Source: a virus. From it: a stretch of DNA of 50,646 bases. The stretch is from positions 1-50,646 of IMG/VR virus record IMGVR_UViG_3300045450_000119, one strand, 5' to 3'. The notes beneath the pieces were generated by a model, which was given only the letters and a program-made list of their open reading frames with translations, was not told where the DNA came from and searched no databases. Of the stretch, positions 16,529-25,418 are shown piece by piece; position 1 is the stretch's first letter, and the number at the start of each line of letters is the position of its first letter. A program made the position numbers and the translations under genes.

Positions 16529-16661
16529 GCTCCGCTCCTGGTCCCCGGCGCAGGAGTCGCGCGGCCGCGCGGAAGCTGCTCTCCGAGAGAGCCTCGAAGC
16601 TACACTGGCCGACGAGGGCGGCGCCGTGCCGGCCGACGACACGGGAACGGACGGATCATGA
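16431..16661 (+). CDS. Possible small ORF (76 aa) overlapping the HNH 3' end
   Basis: ATG follows AAGGAGA, GC3 is high, and there is ATGA coupling to the 16658 gene. However, it overlaps the upstream gene by 98 nt and its sequence is low-complexity. Confidence 0.3.
   Translation: MDEPLATGGSADEPTAPASSTTTSPTENPTRAKLRSWSPAQESRGRAEAALRESLEATLADEGGAVPADDTGTDGS
16591..16606 (+). promoter_or_regulatory. GCCTCGAAGCTACACT copy 1 (TACACT -10-like hexamer), 52 nt upstream of the LysM gene
   Basis: Exact 16-nt repeat of 17813-17828. Confidence 0.3.
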
Positions 16662-17425
16662 CCGAGCAGAAGGACGCGACCAACGAGGACGCGAAGCACG
16701 ACGGCATCGCCGACGCGACAGGCGAGGGCGGAACCCTGGCCGAGCAGGACGGCGCCGGCATCAAGAAGCGGCCGAAGGACGAGAACGCCGACCAGGTCGT
16801 CGGCACCCCCGCCGGTGCGAGCCCGACCGAGCGCGTGACCGCGCAGGCCGAGAAGAACGGCCAGCCCGTCTCCGACGACGCGCTCGGCGTCGGCACGCTC
16901 AACTCCCTCAACCGCGCTCCCGTGATCCCCGGCTCGGCCGAGGAGACGCGCGTGCGCGAGGAGGGCGACAGCTCGCGCCTCGTGCACGAGGCCGCGCAGA
17001 ACACGGTCGTGCCCACCCTCGACAAGCCCGAAGACATCAACGTGACCAACCAGGCCGCGAAGGTGCAGGAGCAGGTCGAGAAGGAGCTCTCGCTGCGCCT
17101 GCGCGACAAGCGAGGCTCCGTCTTCGCCTCCGGCCCCGGGCAGGACCGCGAGGACGAGCGCACCGGTGAGGTCGAGCAGGCGCCGGATCCCGAGGAGCAG
17201 ACGGTCGCCTTCTACGTCGTCGACGGCGAGACGACCCTCGACGAGGTCGCCACCCACGTCGGCCTCGTGAACACCGCCGACTTGCAGCGGCTCGCGAACG
17301 CGAACGGGATCTTCAACCAGTCGTACGCGATCTCGAAGGGCGCGCGGATCATCCTGCCCACCGAGTACACCTACGACGGCATCGAAGGCGTGCGCAAGAA
17401 GCCTGCGGCGAAGGCGCTGCGCTGA
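16658..17425 (+). CDS. LysM-domain protein with long acidic, low-complexity N-terminal region
   Basis: The C-terminus YVVDGETTLDEVATHVGLVNTADLQRLANANGI...ISKGARIILP fits the LysM pattern. No catalytic domain is recognisable. Confidence 0.7.
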   Translation: MTEQKDATNEDAKHDGIADATGEGGTLAEQDGAGIKKRPKDENADQVVGTPAGASPTERVTAQAEKNGQPVSDDALGVGTLNSLNRAPVIPGSAEETRVREEGDSSRLVHEAAQNTVVPTLDKPEDINVTNQAAKVQEQVEKELSLRLRDKRGSVFASGPGQDREDERTGEVEQAPDPEEQTVAFYVVDGETTLDEVATHVGLVNTADLQRLANANGIFNQSYAISKGARIILPTEYTYDGIEGVRKKPAAKALR

Positions 17426-17466
17426 TACGCTGACGGTCCGCACGATGTCATCTGCGTGACCCCCCC

Positions 17467-17503
17467 CGAAGGCCCCGATCCTCCCCCTGGATCGGGGCCT
17501 TCG
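17467..17503. terminator. Bidirectional stem-loop terminator (15-bp perfect stem CGAAGGCCCCGATCC / GGATCGGGGCCTTCG, 7-nt loop)
   Basis: It lies between convergent genes 16658-17425 (+) and 17504-17812 (-), abutting the minus-strand stop codon. Confidence 0.75.
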
Positions 17504-17812
17504 TCATGTCCCGATGCTGGCGCCGAGCGGGCCGATCATCCCGTTGATCTGCTGCGCCCAGCGCAGCAGCGAGTCGAGGTCGGTGGGCACGATCAGCGCC
17601 GGCTCCGACGGGAACAGCGGCAGGGAGTTCGAGCCGTCGTGGATGTGCTCGCCCGGCGACGCCTGGCCGACCTTCGAGCCGAGCTCGTGGTGGAGGGTGT
17701 CGGGGCGGTCGGTCGCCGCGTTGCTGTGCAGCCATTCGATGAAGCGCGGGGACGGCGGCTCGCGGCCGTCGAGCTTCGCGTCGCTGAACGGATCGTTCTC
17801 TGGGAGGGCCAT
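17504..17812 (-). CDS. Orphan reverse-strand hypothetical protein (102 aa)
   Basis: ORF track. High GC3 (ATG GCC CTC CCA GAG AAC GAT CCG TTC AGC ...). It is the only minus-strand gene inside the rightward arm. Confidence 0.7.
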   Translation of the reverse strand: MALPENDPFSDAKLDGREPPSPRFIEWLHSNAATDRPDTLHHELGSKVGQASPGEHIHDGSNSLPLFPSEPALIVPTDLDSLLRWAQQINGMIGPLGASIGT

Positions 17813-17828
17813 GCCTCGAAGCTACACT
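17813..17828 (+). promoter_or_regulatory. GCCTCGAAGCTACACT copy 2; candidate -10 (TACACT) for the packaging operon, in a 45-nt divergent gap
   Basis: Exact 16-nt repeat of 16591-16606, 30 nt upstream of ATG 17858. Confidence 0.35.
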
Positions 17829-17857
17829 CGCAGCACACCACCGTCACGAGGAGCACC

Positions 17858-18286
17858 ATGCCCAAACCCAAGGAGATCGGCACCACCGCCGAGCGCTACG
17901 TCCTGAACTACCTGCAGGCCAACTTCTGGCCCGGCGCCGAGCGCATCGTGCTGCACGGCTCCGCGGACCAGGGCGACATCGGCCACTGCGGCGACTTCAT
18001 CTTCGAGGTGAAGGCCGGCGCGCAGACCGCACAGGAGGGGAACGTCGCCGGCTGGCTGGCGGAGACGCGCGCCGAGGCGCGCCACCGCGGCGTGAAGTAC
18101 GGGGTGCTCGTCACCTCCCGCCGCGGCTACGGCGAGAAGCGCGTCGAGCGCTGGTGGGCGCACATGGACGCGACCGTCTTCGCCGACATCGTCACGGACC
18201 GAGGGATGATCATCAGCGACCCGCCCGCGGTCCGCATGGAGCTCGGCGACTTCCTCTACTGGGCGGTGGCTCATGGCGCGATCTAA
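17858..18286 (+). CDS. Holliday-junction resolvase / PD-(D/E)xK endonuclease (Hjc/RecU-like)
   Basis: The pattern GTTAERYVLNYLQANFWPGAERIVLHGSADQGDIGHCGDFIFEVKAG fits (E...D...ExK). ATG follows GAGGAGCACC. Confidence 0.65.
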   Translation: MPKPKEIGTTAERYVLNYLQANFWPGAERIVLHGSADQGDIGHCGDFIFEVKAGAQTAQEGNVAGWLAETRAEARHRGVKYGVLVTSRRGYGEKRVERWWAHMDATVFADIVTDRGMIISDPPAVRMELGDFLYWAVAHGAI

Positions 18287-19949
18287 AGCACCGAGCAGCC
18301 CTGCGGAGCTGCTTGAGCAGTTCCGCACCCGGCTGGAAAACGCCGACCGCCGCCCGAGCATCTACCGCTACGAGCACATGCCCCAGCAGGAGCTGTTCCA
18401 CCGGGACCAGCACCGCAACCGCATCTCGTTCGGCGGCAACCGCGGAGGGAAGACGTACTCTGGCGTGGCCGACGACGTCTGGATCCTCACCCGCACGCAC
18501 CCGTACCGCAACGACCTCTACGCCGACCGGCCGCGGCGCATCCGCTTCATCGGCGTCGACTTCGAGCGCGGCATCGACCAGACCGCGCTCCCCCTCTTCT
18601 CGCAGCTGATCCCGCCGTCGCTGCTGATCAACGGGTCCTGGGAGGAGAGCTACTCCGCGAGCCGGCACCTGCTCACGCTCGAGGACGGGAGCACCTGCTC
18701 GTTCATGTCCTACGAGCAGGACGCCGACAAGTTCCAGGCCGTCTCCCTCGACCACATCCACTTCGACGAGGAGCCGCCGCAGCCGATCTTCAAGGAGTCG
18801 CTGCTGCGCCTCGTCGACACGAACGGCGGCTGGACCCTCACCGAGACGCCGGTGCAGCAGATGGAGTGGGTCTTCGACGAGCTCATCGAGCCGCAGGAGG
18901 CCGGCGAGCGCCCCGACATCGGGATCTTCTACCTCGAGACGCTCGCGAACACGCACCTGTCGCAGGTCGCGATCGAGGACCTGACGCAGGGCATGGACGC
19001 GCGCGAGAAGCAGATCCGCCTCAAAGGCGAGTACGACCGCACCGGGTCGATGGTGTTCCCCGAGTTCCTGCGCCGGCACCCGTACGTCATCACGGCCGAG
19101 GAGTTCTGGGCCGTCTTCGACCACACCTGGACCGTCTACGAGTCGATGGACTACGGCTACGCGAACCCGCAGGCGTGGCTCTGGACGGCGGCCCACCCGT
19201 CCGGCAAGGTCGTCACGTTCGACATGCTCTACAAGGCCCGCACCACCGTCGACGAGTGGGTGGCCGCGGTGAAGGCGAAGCGCGAGCAGATCGGCCGCCG
19301 CCTCGGCGTCGCCAACCCCAGGGGATGGAAGCCGGCCGGCCTCTACGGCGACCCGGCGATCAAGCAGCGGAACCAGGCGACCACCGGCACGTCGATCCAG
19401 CAGGAGTACGCGAAGCGCGGCCTGTCGATCGGCATCGAGGGCATCGTGAAGACGCGCGAAGGCAACCAGAACGTGGGCCTGAACCGCATGCACGAGATCC
19501 TCGCGAAGCGCCCGTTCTACGACCTCGTCACCGGGCTGTACGAGGGCCCGCTCTGGTCGATCGTCGACCAGAACATGGACACGGGGCGCGACGTCGGCCT
19601 CACCGGCGGTGGCTGCGGGCCGCTCATCCGCGAGATGCGCAAGGCGCGCAAGCCGAAGCAGTCGCTGCAGCAGCAGGAGGAGAAGAACGCCTCCGAGGAG
19701 ATCCGCGACAAGGACAACCACGCGATCGACGGCGTGAAGTACCTCTGGATGATGCGACCCGACCTGGTGGCCGGCATCCACGTGCCGACCGTGCCGGGCC
19801 CCGGCGGCGGCTTCCGCGACGTGATGCAGGAGGCGTTCGGCGAGACGTCCGGCTACCTCGAGACGCACGCCGAGGCGTTCGCTAGCATCAGGGACGACAC
19901 CACCCATTGGATGCCGGCTGACGCCGACCCCTACGAGCTTCTGGACTGA
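18273..19949 (+). CDS. Terminase large subunit
   Basis: 558 aa with Walker A FGGNRGGKT. It sits immediately upstream of the portal block and has a C-terminal nuclease-like region. Confidence 0.85.
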   Translation: MARSKAPSSPAELLEQFRTRLENADRRPSIYRYEHMPQQELFHRDQHRNRISFGGNRGGKTYSGVADDVWILTRTHPYRNDLYADRPRRIRFIGVDFERGIDQTALPLFSQLIPPSLLINGSWEESYSASRHLLTLEDGSTCSFMSYEQDADKFQAVSLDHIHFDEEPPQPIFKESLLRLVDTNGGWTLTETPVQQMEWVFDELIEPQEAGERPDIGIFYLETLANTHLSQVAIEDLTQGMDAREKQIRLKGEYDRTGSMVFPEFLRRHPYVITAEEFWAVFDHTWTVYESMDYGYANPQAWLWTAAHPSGKVVTFDMLYKARTTVDEWVAAVKAKREQIGRRLGVANPRGWKPAGLYGDPAIKQRNQATTGTSIQQEYAKRGLSIGIEGIVKTREGNQNVGLNRMHEILAKRPFYDLVTGLYEGPLWSIVDQNMDTGRDVGLTGGGCGPLIREMRKARKPKQSLQQQEEKNASEEIRDKDNHAIDGVKYLWMMRPDLVAGIHVPTVPGPGGGFRDVMQEAFGETSGYLETHAEAFASIRDDTTHWMPADADPYELLD

Positions 19950-19950
19950 G

Positions 19951-20565
19951 ATGCCCCGACCTTTCACGATCAGCGCCACGGCGATCGAACGACCCGGCGG
20001 CTGCGGCCGCTGCGGAGCGAAGGACAGCGTCATCGACCTGGGCTTCGACCGCTTCCCCACCGGGCAGACCTCCTACCTCTGCACCCGGTGCCTCGCCGAG
20101 CTCGCCGAGCAACTCGGCCTCGTCGACGGCGAGGACGCGGCGCGCACGCGCGCGGCGCTCGAGCGCGACGTCGAGCAGCTGGTGCGCGAGAACGAAGAAC
20201 TGCAGCAGCAGGTGGGAGCCGTCCGCGGCGCCCGCACCCTCGACATCGAAAGGACCCTCTCCCATGTCCGAGCTGCTCTCCTGGCAGATGCTGACCCTGC
20301 TGCTCCTGCTGCTCCTGCTGGCGACGCTGGTGACGGGGCTCCTGCTGATCCTCCGCCTGCACCGGCAGCACCTGGCCGTGCTCCGCGAGAAGGACGAGCA
20401 GCTGCTGGTCGGCCTGCGAAGCGTCAGCGAGGCGTCAGCATCCACGACCTCGGACCTGCTCCTGTCGTCGGAGCGCCTGCACGAGAAGGCGATGGCACTA
20501 CTGTCGTCGAAGGATCCGCTGGCGCTGGCGAGCGTGACCCGCTCGCTGGCCTCGTCGCCGAGTGA
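19951..20565 (+). CDS. Zinc-ribbon/coiled-coil protein; coding signature ends near 20262 although the frame stays open to 20565
   Basis: CGRCG...CTRC and the heptad-like ERDVEQLVRENEELQQQ are present. After about 20262, GC3 collapses and the translation becomes Ala/Pro/Gly junk. Confidence 0.5.
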   Translation: MPRPFTISATAIERPGGCGRCGAKDSVIDLGFDRFPTGQTSYLCTRCLAELAEQLGLVDGEDAARTRAALERDVEQLVRENEELQQQVGAVRGARTLDIERTLSHVRAALLADADPAAPAAPAGDAGDGAPADPPPAPAAPGRAPREGRAAAGRPAKRQRGVSIHDLGPAPVVGAPAREGDGTTVVEGSAGAGERDPLAGLVAE

Positions 20566-20752
20566 CGACGACGAAGCCCCCCAGACCAGTGACATCGAAG
20601 AGGACAGGCGGCTCGCCACAGAGTGGCTCCACCTGGCCGACGCACGAGGAGTAGGCGACACCAATGGCAGCATCGTTCCGCTCGACGACGCCGAGCTCGA
20701 GGACTTCTACGACGCCGCCGGCACGAGCTTCCCGGCGCCGAAGCTCGACTGA
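20264..20752 (+). CDS. Membrane-anchored hypothetical protein (162 aa)
   Basis: ATG follows GAAAGGA. GC3 is very high throughout. The N-terminus has the transmembrane segment MLTLLLLLLLLATLVTGLLLIL. Confidence 0.75.
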   Translation: MSELLSWQMLTLLLLLLLLATLVTGLLLILRLHRQHLAVLREKDEQLLVGLRSVSEASASTTSDLLLSSERLHEKAMALLSSKDPLALASVTRSLASSPSDDDEAPQTSDIEEDRRLATEWLHLADARGVGDTNGSIVPLDDAELEDFYDAAGTSFPAPKLD

Positions 20753-20768
20753 GGACCCCGGCGAGCGC

Positions 20769-23090
20769 ATGGCTCGCATGGTCGCGGAGTCGATCTACGC
20801 CCCCGAGACGGGGCCCGCACCGACGACGCCGGAGCAGGTCGGCGAGGCCCTCGTGATGTACGAGGCCGCCGAGCTCAAGGCGGCGAAGGAGGACGACGCG
20901 ACGAAGGCGATCTCCGCCTGGGTGAAGGACCGCTTCGCTCGCGCGAAGAACGACCGCCAGATGGTCGAGCGCCAGTGGCTCAAGAACATCGACATGGTCG
21001 AAGGCCGCCAGTTCACCAAGTTCGACCCCTCTTCCGGCCAGAACAAGATGCGGCCGATCCCCGCGCGCCGCGGCCAGCCGCAGATCGCGCTGAACATCAT
21101 CGAGCCGCGCATCCGCACGGAGATCGCGAAGACGGGCGCCTCCCACCCGTCGGCGACCGTCGCACCGGCATCCGACGACGACGACGACATCCAGGCCGCG
21201 CAGGCCGCGCAGGCCGTCTGGGAGTGGTTCGACCAGTCGACCGACTTCCACGTGAAGGTGTTCAACCAGGCGAACTACTGGCGCGCGGTGTGCGGCGTCG
21301 GCTTCGCGAAGATCTACTACGACCACGACAAGGTCGACACCGCGGCGACCGAGCTCGCCAAGAAGCGCTTCCTCGCCGAGATGGCGGCGGCCGCCGAGGC
21401 GCCCGCGATGGGCCTCCCGCCGCAGCCGCCCGCCCCCGTGCGCGGGAAGATCGTCGGCCAGCACGTGAACCCCTTCAACCTCTACGTCGCCGACCACTCG
21501 ATCACGGACCTGCAGGAGCAGCCGTACATCTTCCACACCTACCCGATGCCGGTGGGCGAGGCGAAGATGCGCTACGCCGCCTACGTCGAGGACCCGGATT
21601 GGAACCCCGGCCACGTCGAGGTGGACGAGTCGACCCGCGCGAACCTGCGCCGCACCACCTCGGCCGGCAAGCAGAACCCGGACACCACGATGGTGATGGA
21701 GACGTGGATCCGCCCCGGCGTCGAGCCGCGCTTCCCCCGCGGCGGCGTCGTCATCACGATCGGCGACGAGATCGTCGCGATGTCGAAGGAGAAGTTCCCC
21801 TACGACTTCGAGAAGTACCCGTTCGCCGTGCTCACCGGGATCGAGAACGGCCGCTTCTACCGCCGCTCCCTCGTCGAGTCGCTGATCCCCCTGCAGGCCG
21901 ACTTCAACAAGACGGCCGGCCTGATCATGCAGACGAAGAACCAGATGGCGAACCAGGGCTTCTTCTACGACTCCGGCTCGCTCGACCCCCGGAAGATCAC
22001 GAACCAGATCGGCCAGTGGATCGGCACCGACGTCTCCTTCCGGCGGCCCGAGGCGATCCCCACGAAGGAGATTCCGCAGTACGTCATCCAGTGGATGCAG
22101 CAGCTGTCGACGCTCACCGACGACATCTCCGGCCAGCACCAGGTGTCGCGCGCCATCGCGCCCGGCGCTGACACCGCGGCGTCCGCCATCCAGATCCTGC
22201 AGGAGAAGGACGATGACTTCCTCGCGTCGACGCTCGCGTCGATCGACCACGCCTTCAAGGACGCCGCGACCTTCGTCATCGGGCTCGCCATCCAGTTCTG
22301 GGACGAGCCGCGCCTGGTGAAGATCGCCGGTGCCGAGCGCAGCTTCGCCGTGCACCAGCTCACCGGGGCCGACATCGCCTCCGGCACCGACATCCGCGTC
22401 GACCCGCAGACGGGCCTCCCGACCTCGAAGGCGGGCCGCATCGCGGTGCTCACCGAGTGGGCCGACAAGCAGTACATCACCCCCTCTCAGTTCCTCCTCG
22501 CGGTGGGCACCGGGGCGCTCGGCAAGGTCGAGTCGATGATCAACGCGGACCTGGCCCAGGCCGAGCGCGAGAACGTCGAGATGCAGAAGCTCGACCCGGC
22601 TGAGATCGTCGCGGCGCAGGAGCAGGAGCTCGCCGAGCTGCAGGGCCAGATCGCCGAGCAGCAGGGCGCGGGCCCGGAAGGCGCCCCGGCGCCGGAGGAG
22701 GGCGGCAACCCGTTCGGCGGCATCGTCGACCCGGCGGTCGGCCTCGAGGAGGGCGCGGAGGCGCCGCAGGGCGCCGAGCCCGCCTCCGCCGAGGAGGTCC
22801 CCGGCGAGACGGCCGAAGGCGCGACCGCCGCGGCCGGCATGGCGATGGCGCCGCCGACCGGCCCGGCCGCGTTCCCGATCAACGAGTTCGACAACCACAT
22901 GGTGCACGCCGAGACGCACGCCCGCTTCATGAAGGGCCAGACCTACAAGGGCCTCGACCCGGCGGTGCAGGAGGTCTTCCTCGAGCACTGGCGCGCGCAC
23001 ACCCAGGCGGGCGCGATGCAGCAGGCAGCGATGGCGGCCCAGCAGATGGGCCCGTCAGTTCCGGGCGAGGACAGCGCGCCGCCTGCTTGA
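20769..23090 (+). CDS. Portal protein
   Basis: 773 aa. It lies between the TerL block and scaffold/capsid, and has an acidic, Ala-rich C-terminal barrel-like tail. Confidence 0.75.
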   Translation: MARMVAESIYAPETGPAPTTPEQVGEALVMYEAAELKAAKEDDATKAISAWVKDRFARAKNDRQMVERQWLKNIDMVEGRQFTKFDPSSGQNKMRPIPARRGQPQIALNIIEPRIRTEIAKTGASHPSATVAPASDDDDDIQAAQAAQAVWEWFDQSTDFHVKVFNQANYWRAVCGVGFAKIYYDHDKVDTAATELAKKRFLAEMAAAAEAPAMGLPPQPPAPVRGKIVGQHVNPFNLYVADHSITDLQEQPYIFHTYPMPVGEAKMRYAAYVEDPDWNPGHVEVDESTRANLRRTTSAGKQNPDTTMVMETWIRPGVEPRFPRGGVVITIGDEIVAMSKEKFPYDFEKYPFAVLTGIENGRFYRRSLVESLIPLQADFNKTAGLIMQTKNQMANQGFFYDSGSLDPRKITNQIGQWIGTDVSFRRPEAIPTKEIPQYVIQWMQQLSTLTDDISGQHQVSRAIAPGADTAASAIQILQEKDDDFLASTLASIDHAFKDAATFVIGLAIQFWDEPRLVKIAGAERSFAVHQLTGADIASGTDIRVDPQTGLPTSKAGRIAVLTEWADKQYITPSQFLLAVGTGALGKVESMINADLAQAERENVEMQKLDPAEIVAAQEQELAELQGQIAEQQGAGPEGAPAPEEGGNPFGGIVDPAVGLEEGAEAPQGAEPASAEEVPGETAEGATAAAGMAMAPPTGPAAFPINEFDNHMVHAETHARFMKGQTYKGLDPAVQEVFLEHWRAHTQAGAMQQAAMAAQQMGPSVPGEDSAPPA

Positions 23091-23096
23091 TACTTA
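23088..23096 (+). promoter_or_regulatory. TGATACTTA extended -10-like element using the portal stop codon
   Basis: Member of the TGATAC motif family, 40 nt upstream of the scaffold start. Confidence 0.25.
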
Positions 23097-23135
23097 TGAT
23101 GGGTGGCGACCACCACCTATCGAGAGGCAGCCAGC

Positions 23136-24050
23136 ATGGGCACCGACGAGAACACCCCCGCCGACACCACCGGCACCACCCCCGACGCCCCCGAGTTCGA
23201 GTGGCCGGCGGAGTGGCAGGACGGCTTCGCCGACCTCCCCGAGGTGCTCCGCGCCCCGGTGCAGGACCGCGTCAAGCAGACTCTGACCCGTCACCAGCAG
23301 GAGCTCGAGGAGGCCCGCACCGGCGGCGCCCCGGCCATCGACGAGGACTGGCAGGCGCTGCTGGCCGAGGCGCAGACGGAGAAGGTGTCGCCGGAGGACT
23401 TCCGTCAGGCGATGCAGTTCGCGGCCACCCAGCGGCAGATGCTGCAGACGGACCCGTACGGCTACATCTACGGCGTCGAGCAGCAGGTCGACGAGCTCGT
23501 GCGCACCGGGCAGATCACGATCGCCGAAGGGAAGACGGCCAAGCGCAAGCTCGCCGCGGACGCCGCGGCCGCGGGCGCCGGCGAGGAGGACTTCCGCACC
23601 GACGACCAGAAGAAGCTCGACGAGCTGCAGCAGTGGCGCGAGCAGCAGGAGCAGGAGCGCGCGGCCGCCGCCGAGCAGGAGGAGCTCGCCGAGCTCGAGC
23701 AGCAGATCGAGGACCAGAGCGAGGACCGGGCCACCCGCTTCATCACCCACCTCGACACCACGCTCGAGAACGCCGGGCTGACCGACGCCTCGCAGGCGAC
23801 GTTGCAGGCCATCGCCGACGTCGCGATGGGCTACATGGCTCGCGACGACGACATGGAGCCGGAGGCCGCGATCGACAAGGCGATGATCCTCTTCCAGGAG
23901 GAAGTGACCCGCCGAAAGGGCGCGTCACGTCAGATCCCCATCGGCGGCAGCGCTTCCGCGGTGCAGCAGGCGAGCGACCAGGGACCGCAGACCGACCAGC
24001 AGCGCCAGGCCGCGATGATCGCCGCGGCCCGCGCCGCGGCAGCCTCGTGA
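23136..24050 (+). CDS. Scaffolding protein
   Basis: Acidic, Gln/Glu/Ala-rich coiled-coil protein between portal and capsid. ATG 23136 follows GAGAGG. The track start at 23103 is a GTG with no SD. Confidence 0.65.
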   Translation: MGTDENTPADTTGTTPDAPEFEWPAEWQDGFADLPEVLRAPVQDRVKQTLTRHQQELEEARTGGAPAIDEDWQALLAEAQTEKVSPEDFRQAMQFAATQRQMLQTDPYGYIYGVEQQVDELVRTGQITIAEGKTAKRKLAADAAAAGAGEEDFRTDDQKKLDELQQWREQQEQERAAAAEQEELAELEQQIEDQSEDRATRFITHLDTTLENAGLTDASQATLQAIADVAMGYMARDDDMEPEAAIDKAMILFQEEVTRRKGASRQIPIGGSASAVQQASDQGPQTDQQRQAAMIAAARAAAAS

Positions 24051-24064
24051 GACATCCTCTCCGC

Positions 24065-24073
24065 TGATACGAT
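24065..24073 (+). promoter_or_regulatory. TGATACGAT extended -10-like element upstream of the capsid gene
   Basis: Fits the TGnTAnnnT pattern in an 83-nt intergenic gap. Confidence 0.25.
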
Positions 24074-24133
24074 GCGGACCTAGATCGCGCAGCCACCCGG
24101 GCCGGCGGGTCACCCCCACCTCAACCAGGGAGA

Positions 24134-25357
24134 ATGATGGCAAACGATCTCGCCGCAGCGAACGCGGTCCTCAAGGTCGGCTACGGCGACATCCACGAGC
24201 AGATGGACCTCAAGCTCTGGGCCCTCAACATGATCGAGTCCGGTGCCCAGCACCTGAACAAGGACAACGTCGAGGCCCAGTTCGCGATCCACGTCGGCCG
24301 CAACCAGAGCTTCGGCTCGCGCAACGAGATGGACGACCTCCCCGAGGCCGGCCAGAACCGCGACGCCCGCGCGTCGGTCTACCTCAAGTACCACTACGCG
24401 AGCATCCAGGCCACCGGCCAGCTGTTCGCGCAGGTGACCGGCAACACCGAGTCGTTCGTCGACTTCGTGAAGCGCGAGATGGACACCGTCAAGGACGGCG
24501 CGAACCGCAACCTGACCCGGCAGGTCTACGGCGACGGCACCGGCACGCTCGCGATCGTGGCGACCGGCGCGACCGGCTCCAACACCCTCGTGGTCGACGA
24601 CGCCCACTGGCTCGTCGTCGACATGACCATCGACGTGCTGACGGCCGCGACCCTCGGCAACCCCACGCCGACCAAGGGCAACACCGCGCTGCTCAAGATC
24701 ACGTCGGTCAACTCCGACACGAACACGATCACCGTCAGCGGCGGCACCGTCACCGCGGCGGCCGGCTCCGCGCTGGTCCTCGCGTCCGGCGGCCCGAACG
24801 GCGGGGCCAACGACTGGAAGAAGGAGTGGGAGGGCCTCGGCCTGATCGTCTCCAAGACGGCCCCCCTGCACGGCATCTCGCCCGTCGCCGAGCCCCTCTG
24901 GGCTGCTGCGTACATCGAGAACAACGTCGGCCCGCTCGCGGAGATCGACTTCGACCACGCCCTCGAGGCGGTGAAGAACACCGGTGGCACCACCACCGAC
25001 CTCATCACCACCCCGCGCGTCGCCCGCGCGTACTGGAACCTCCTGCAGGGGATGCGCCAGTTCAACGGCAACGAGCAGATGAAGGGCGGCACGACGAAGC
25101 CGAAGATCCAGTCCATCTTCGGCGACATCGACATGACGCTCGACTTCGACGCCCCCGCCGGCACGGCGTACTTCCTCAACCGGAAGGAGCTGTTCCTGCA
25201 CCGCGAGCACGGCTGGAACTGGATCGACCGCATGGGCTCCATGTGGGTCCAGATCCCCGGCAAGGACGCCTTCAAGGCGACCATGTCGGACTACTCGAAC
25301 ATCGGCTGCTACCGCCGGAACAGCTTCGCGAAGCTGACCGGCATCCAGGAGCTGTAA
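24134..25357 (+). CDS. Major capsid protein
   Basis: 407 aa. It follows the scaffold gene directly and is followed by a strong terminator. Composition is typical of a capsid protein. Confidence 0.75.
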   Translation: MMANDLAAANAVLKVGYGDIHEQMDLKLWALNMIESGAQHLNKDNVEAQFAIHVGRNQSFGSRNEMDDLPEAGQNRDARASVYLKYHYASIQATGQLFAQVTGNTESFVDFVKREMDTVKDGANRNLTRQVYGDGTGTLAIVATGATGSNTLVVDDAHWLVVDMTIDVLTAATLGNPTPTKGNTALLKITSVNSDTNTITVSGGTVTAAAGSALVLASGGPNGGANDWKKEWEGLGLIVSKTAPLHGISPVAEPLWAAAYIENNVGPLAEIDFDHALEAVKNTGGTTTDLITTPRVARAYWNLLQGMRQFNGNEQMKGGTTKPKIQSIFGDIDMTLDFDAPAGTAYFLNRKELFLHREHGWNWIDRMGSMWVQIPGKDAFKATMSDYSNIGCYRRNSFAKLTGIQEL

Positions 25358-25376
25358 GCTCGGACCTCCCCCGCTC

Positions 25377-25408
25377 TAGCGCCCCGTCTCTTCTGAGGCG
25401 GGGCGCTA
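25377..25408 (+). terminator. Stem-loop terminator after the capsid gene (TAGCGCCCCGTCTC / GAGGCGGGGCGCTA, 4-nt loop, then TTGTGTG)
   Basis: Read directly. The 14-bp stem has one mismatch and a T-rich tail. Confidence 0.7.
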
Positions 25409-25418
25409 TTGTGTGCCC

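Noticed and set aside
20255-20270. Programmed +1 frameshift joining ORF 19951 to ORF 20264.
   Set aside because: I see no slippery or stop-adjacent shift site. ATG 20264 has its own SD, so independent initiation or an assembly indel is simpler. The case is left open as a finding rather than annotated as recoding.
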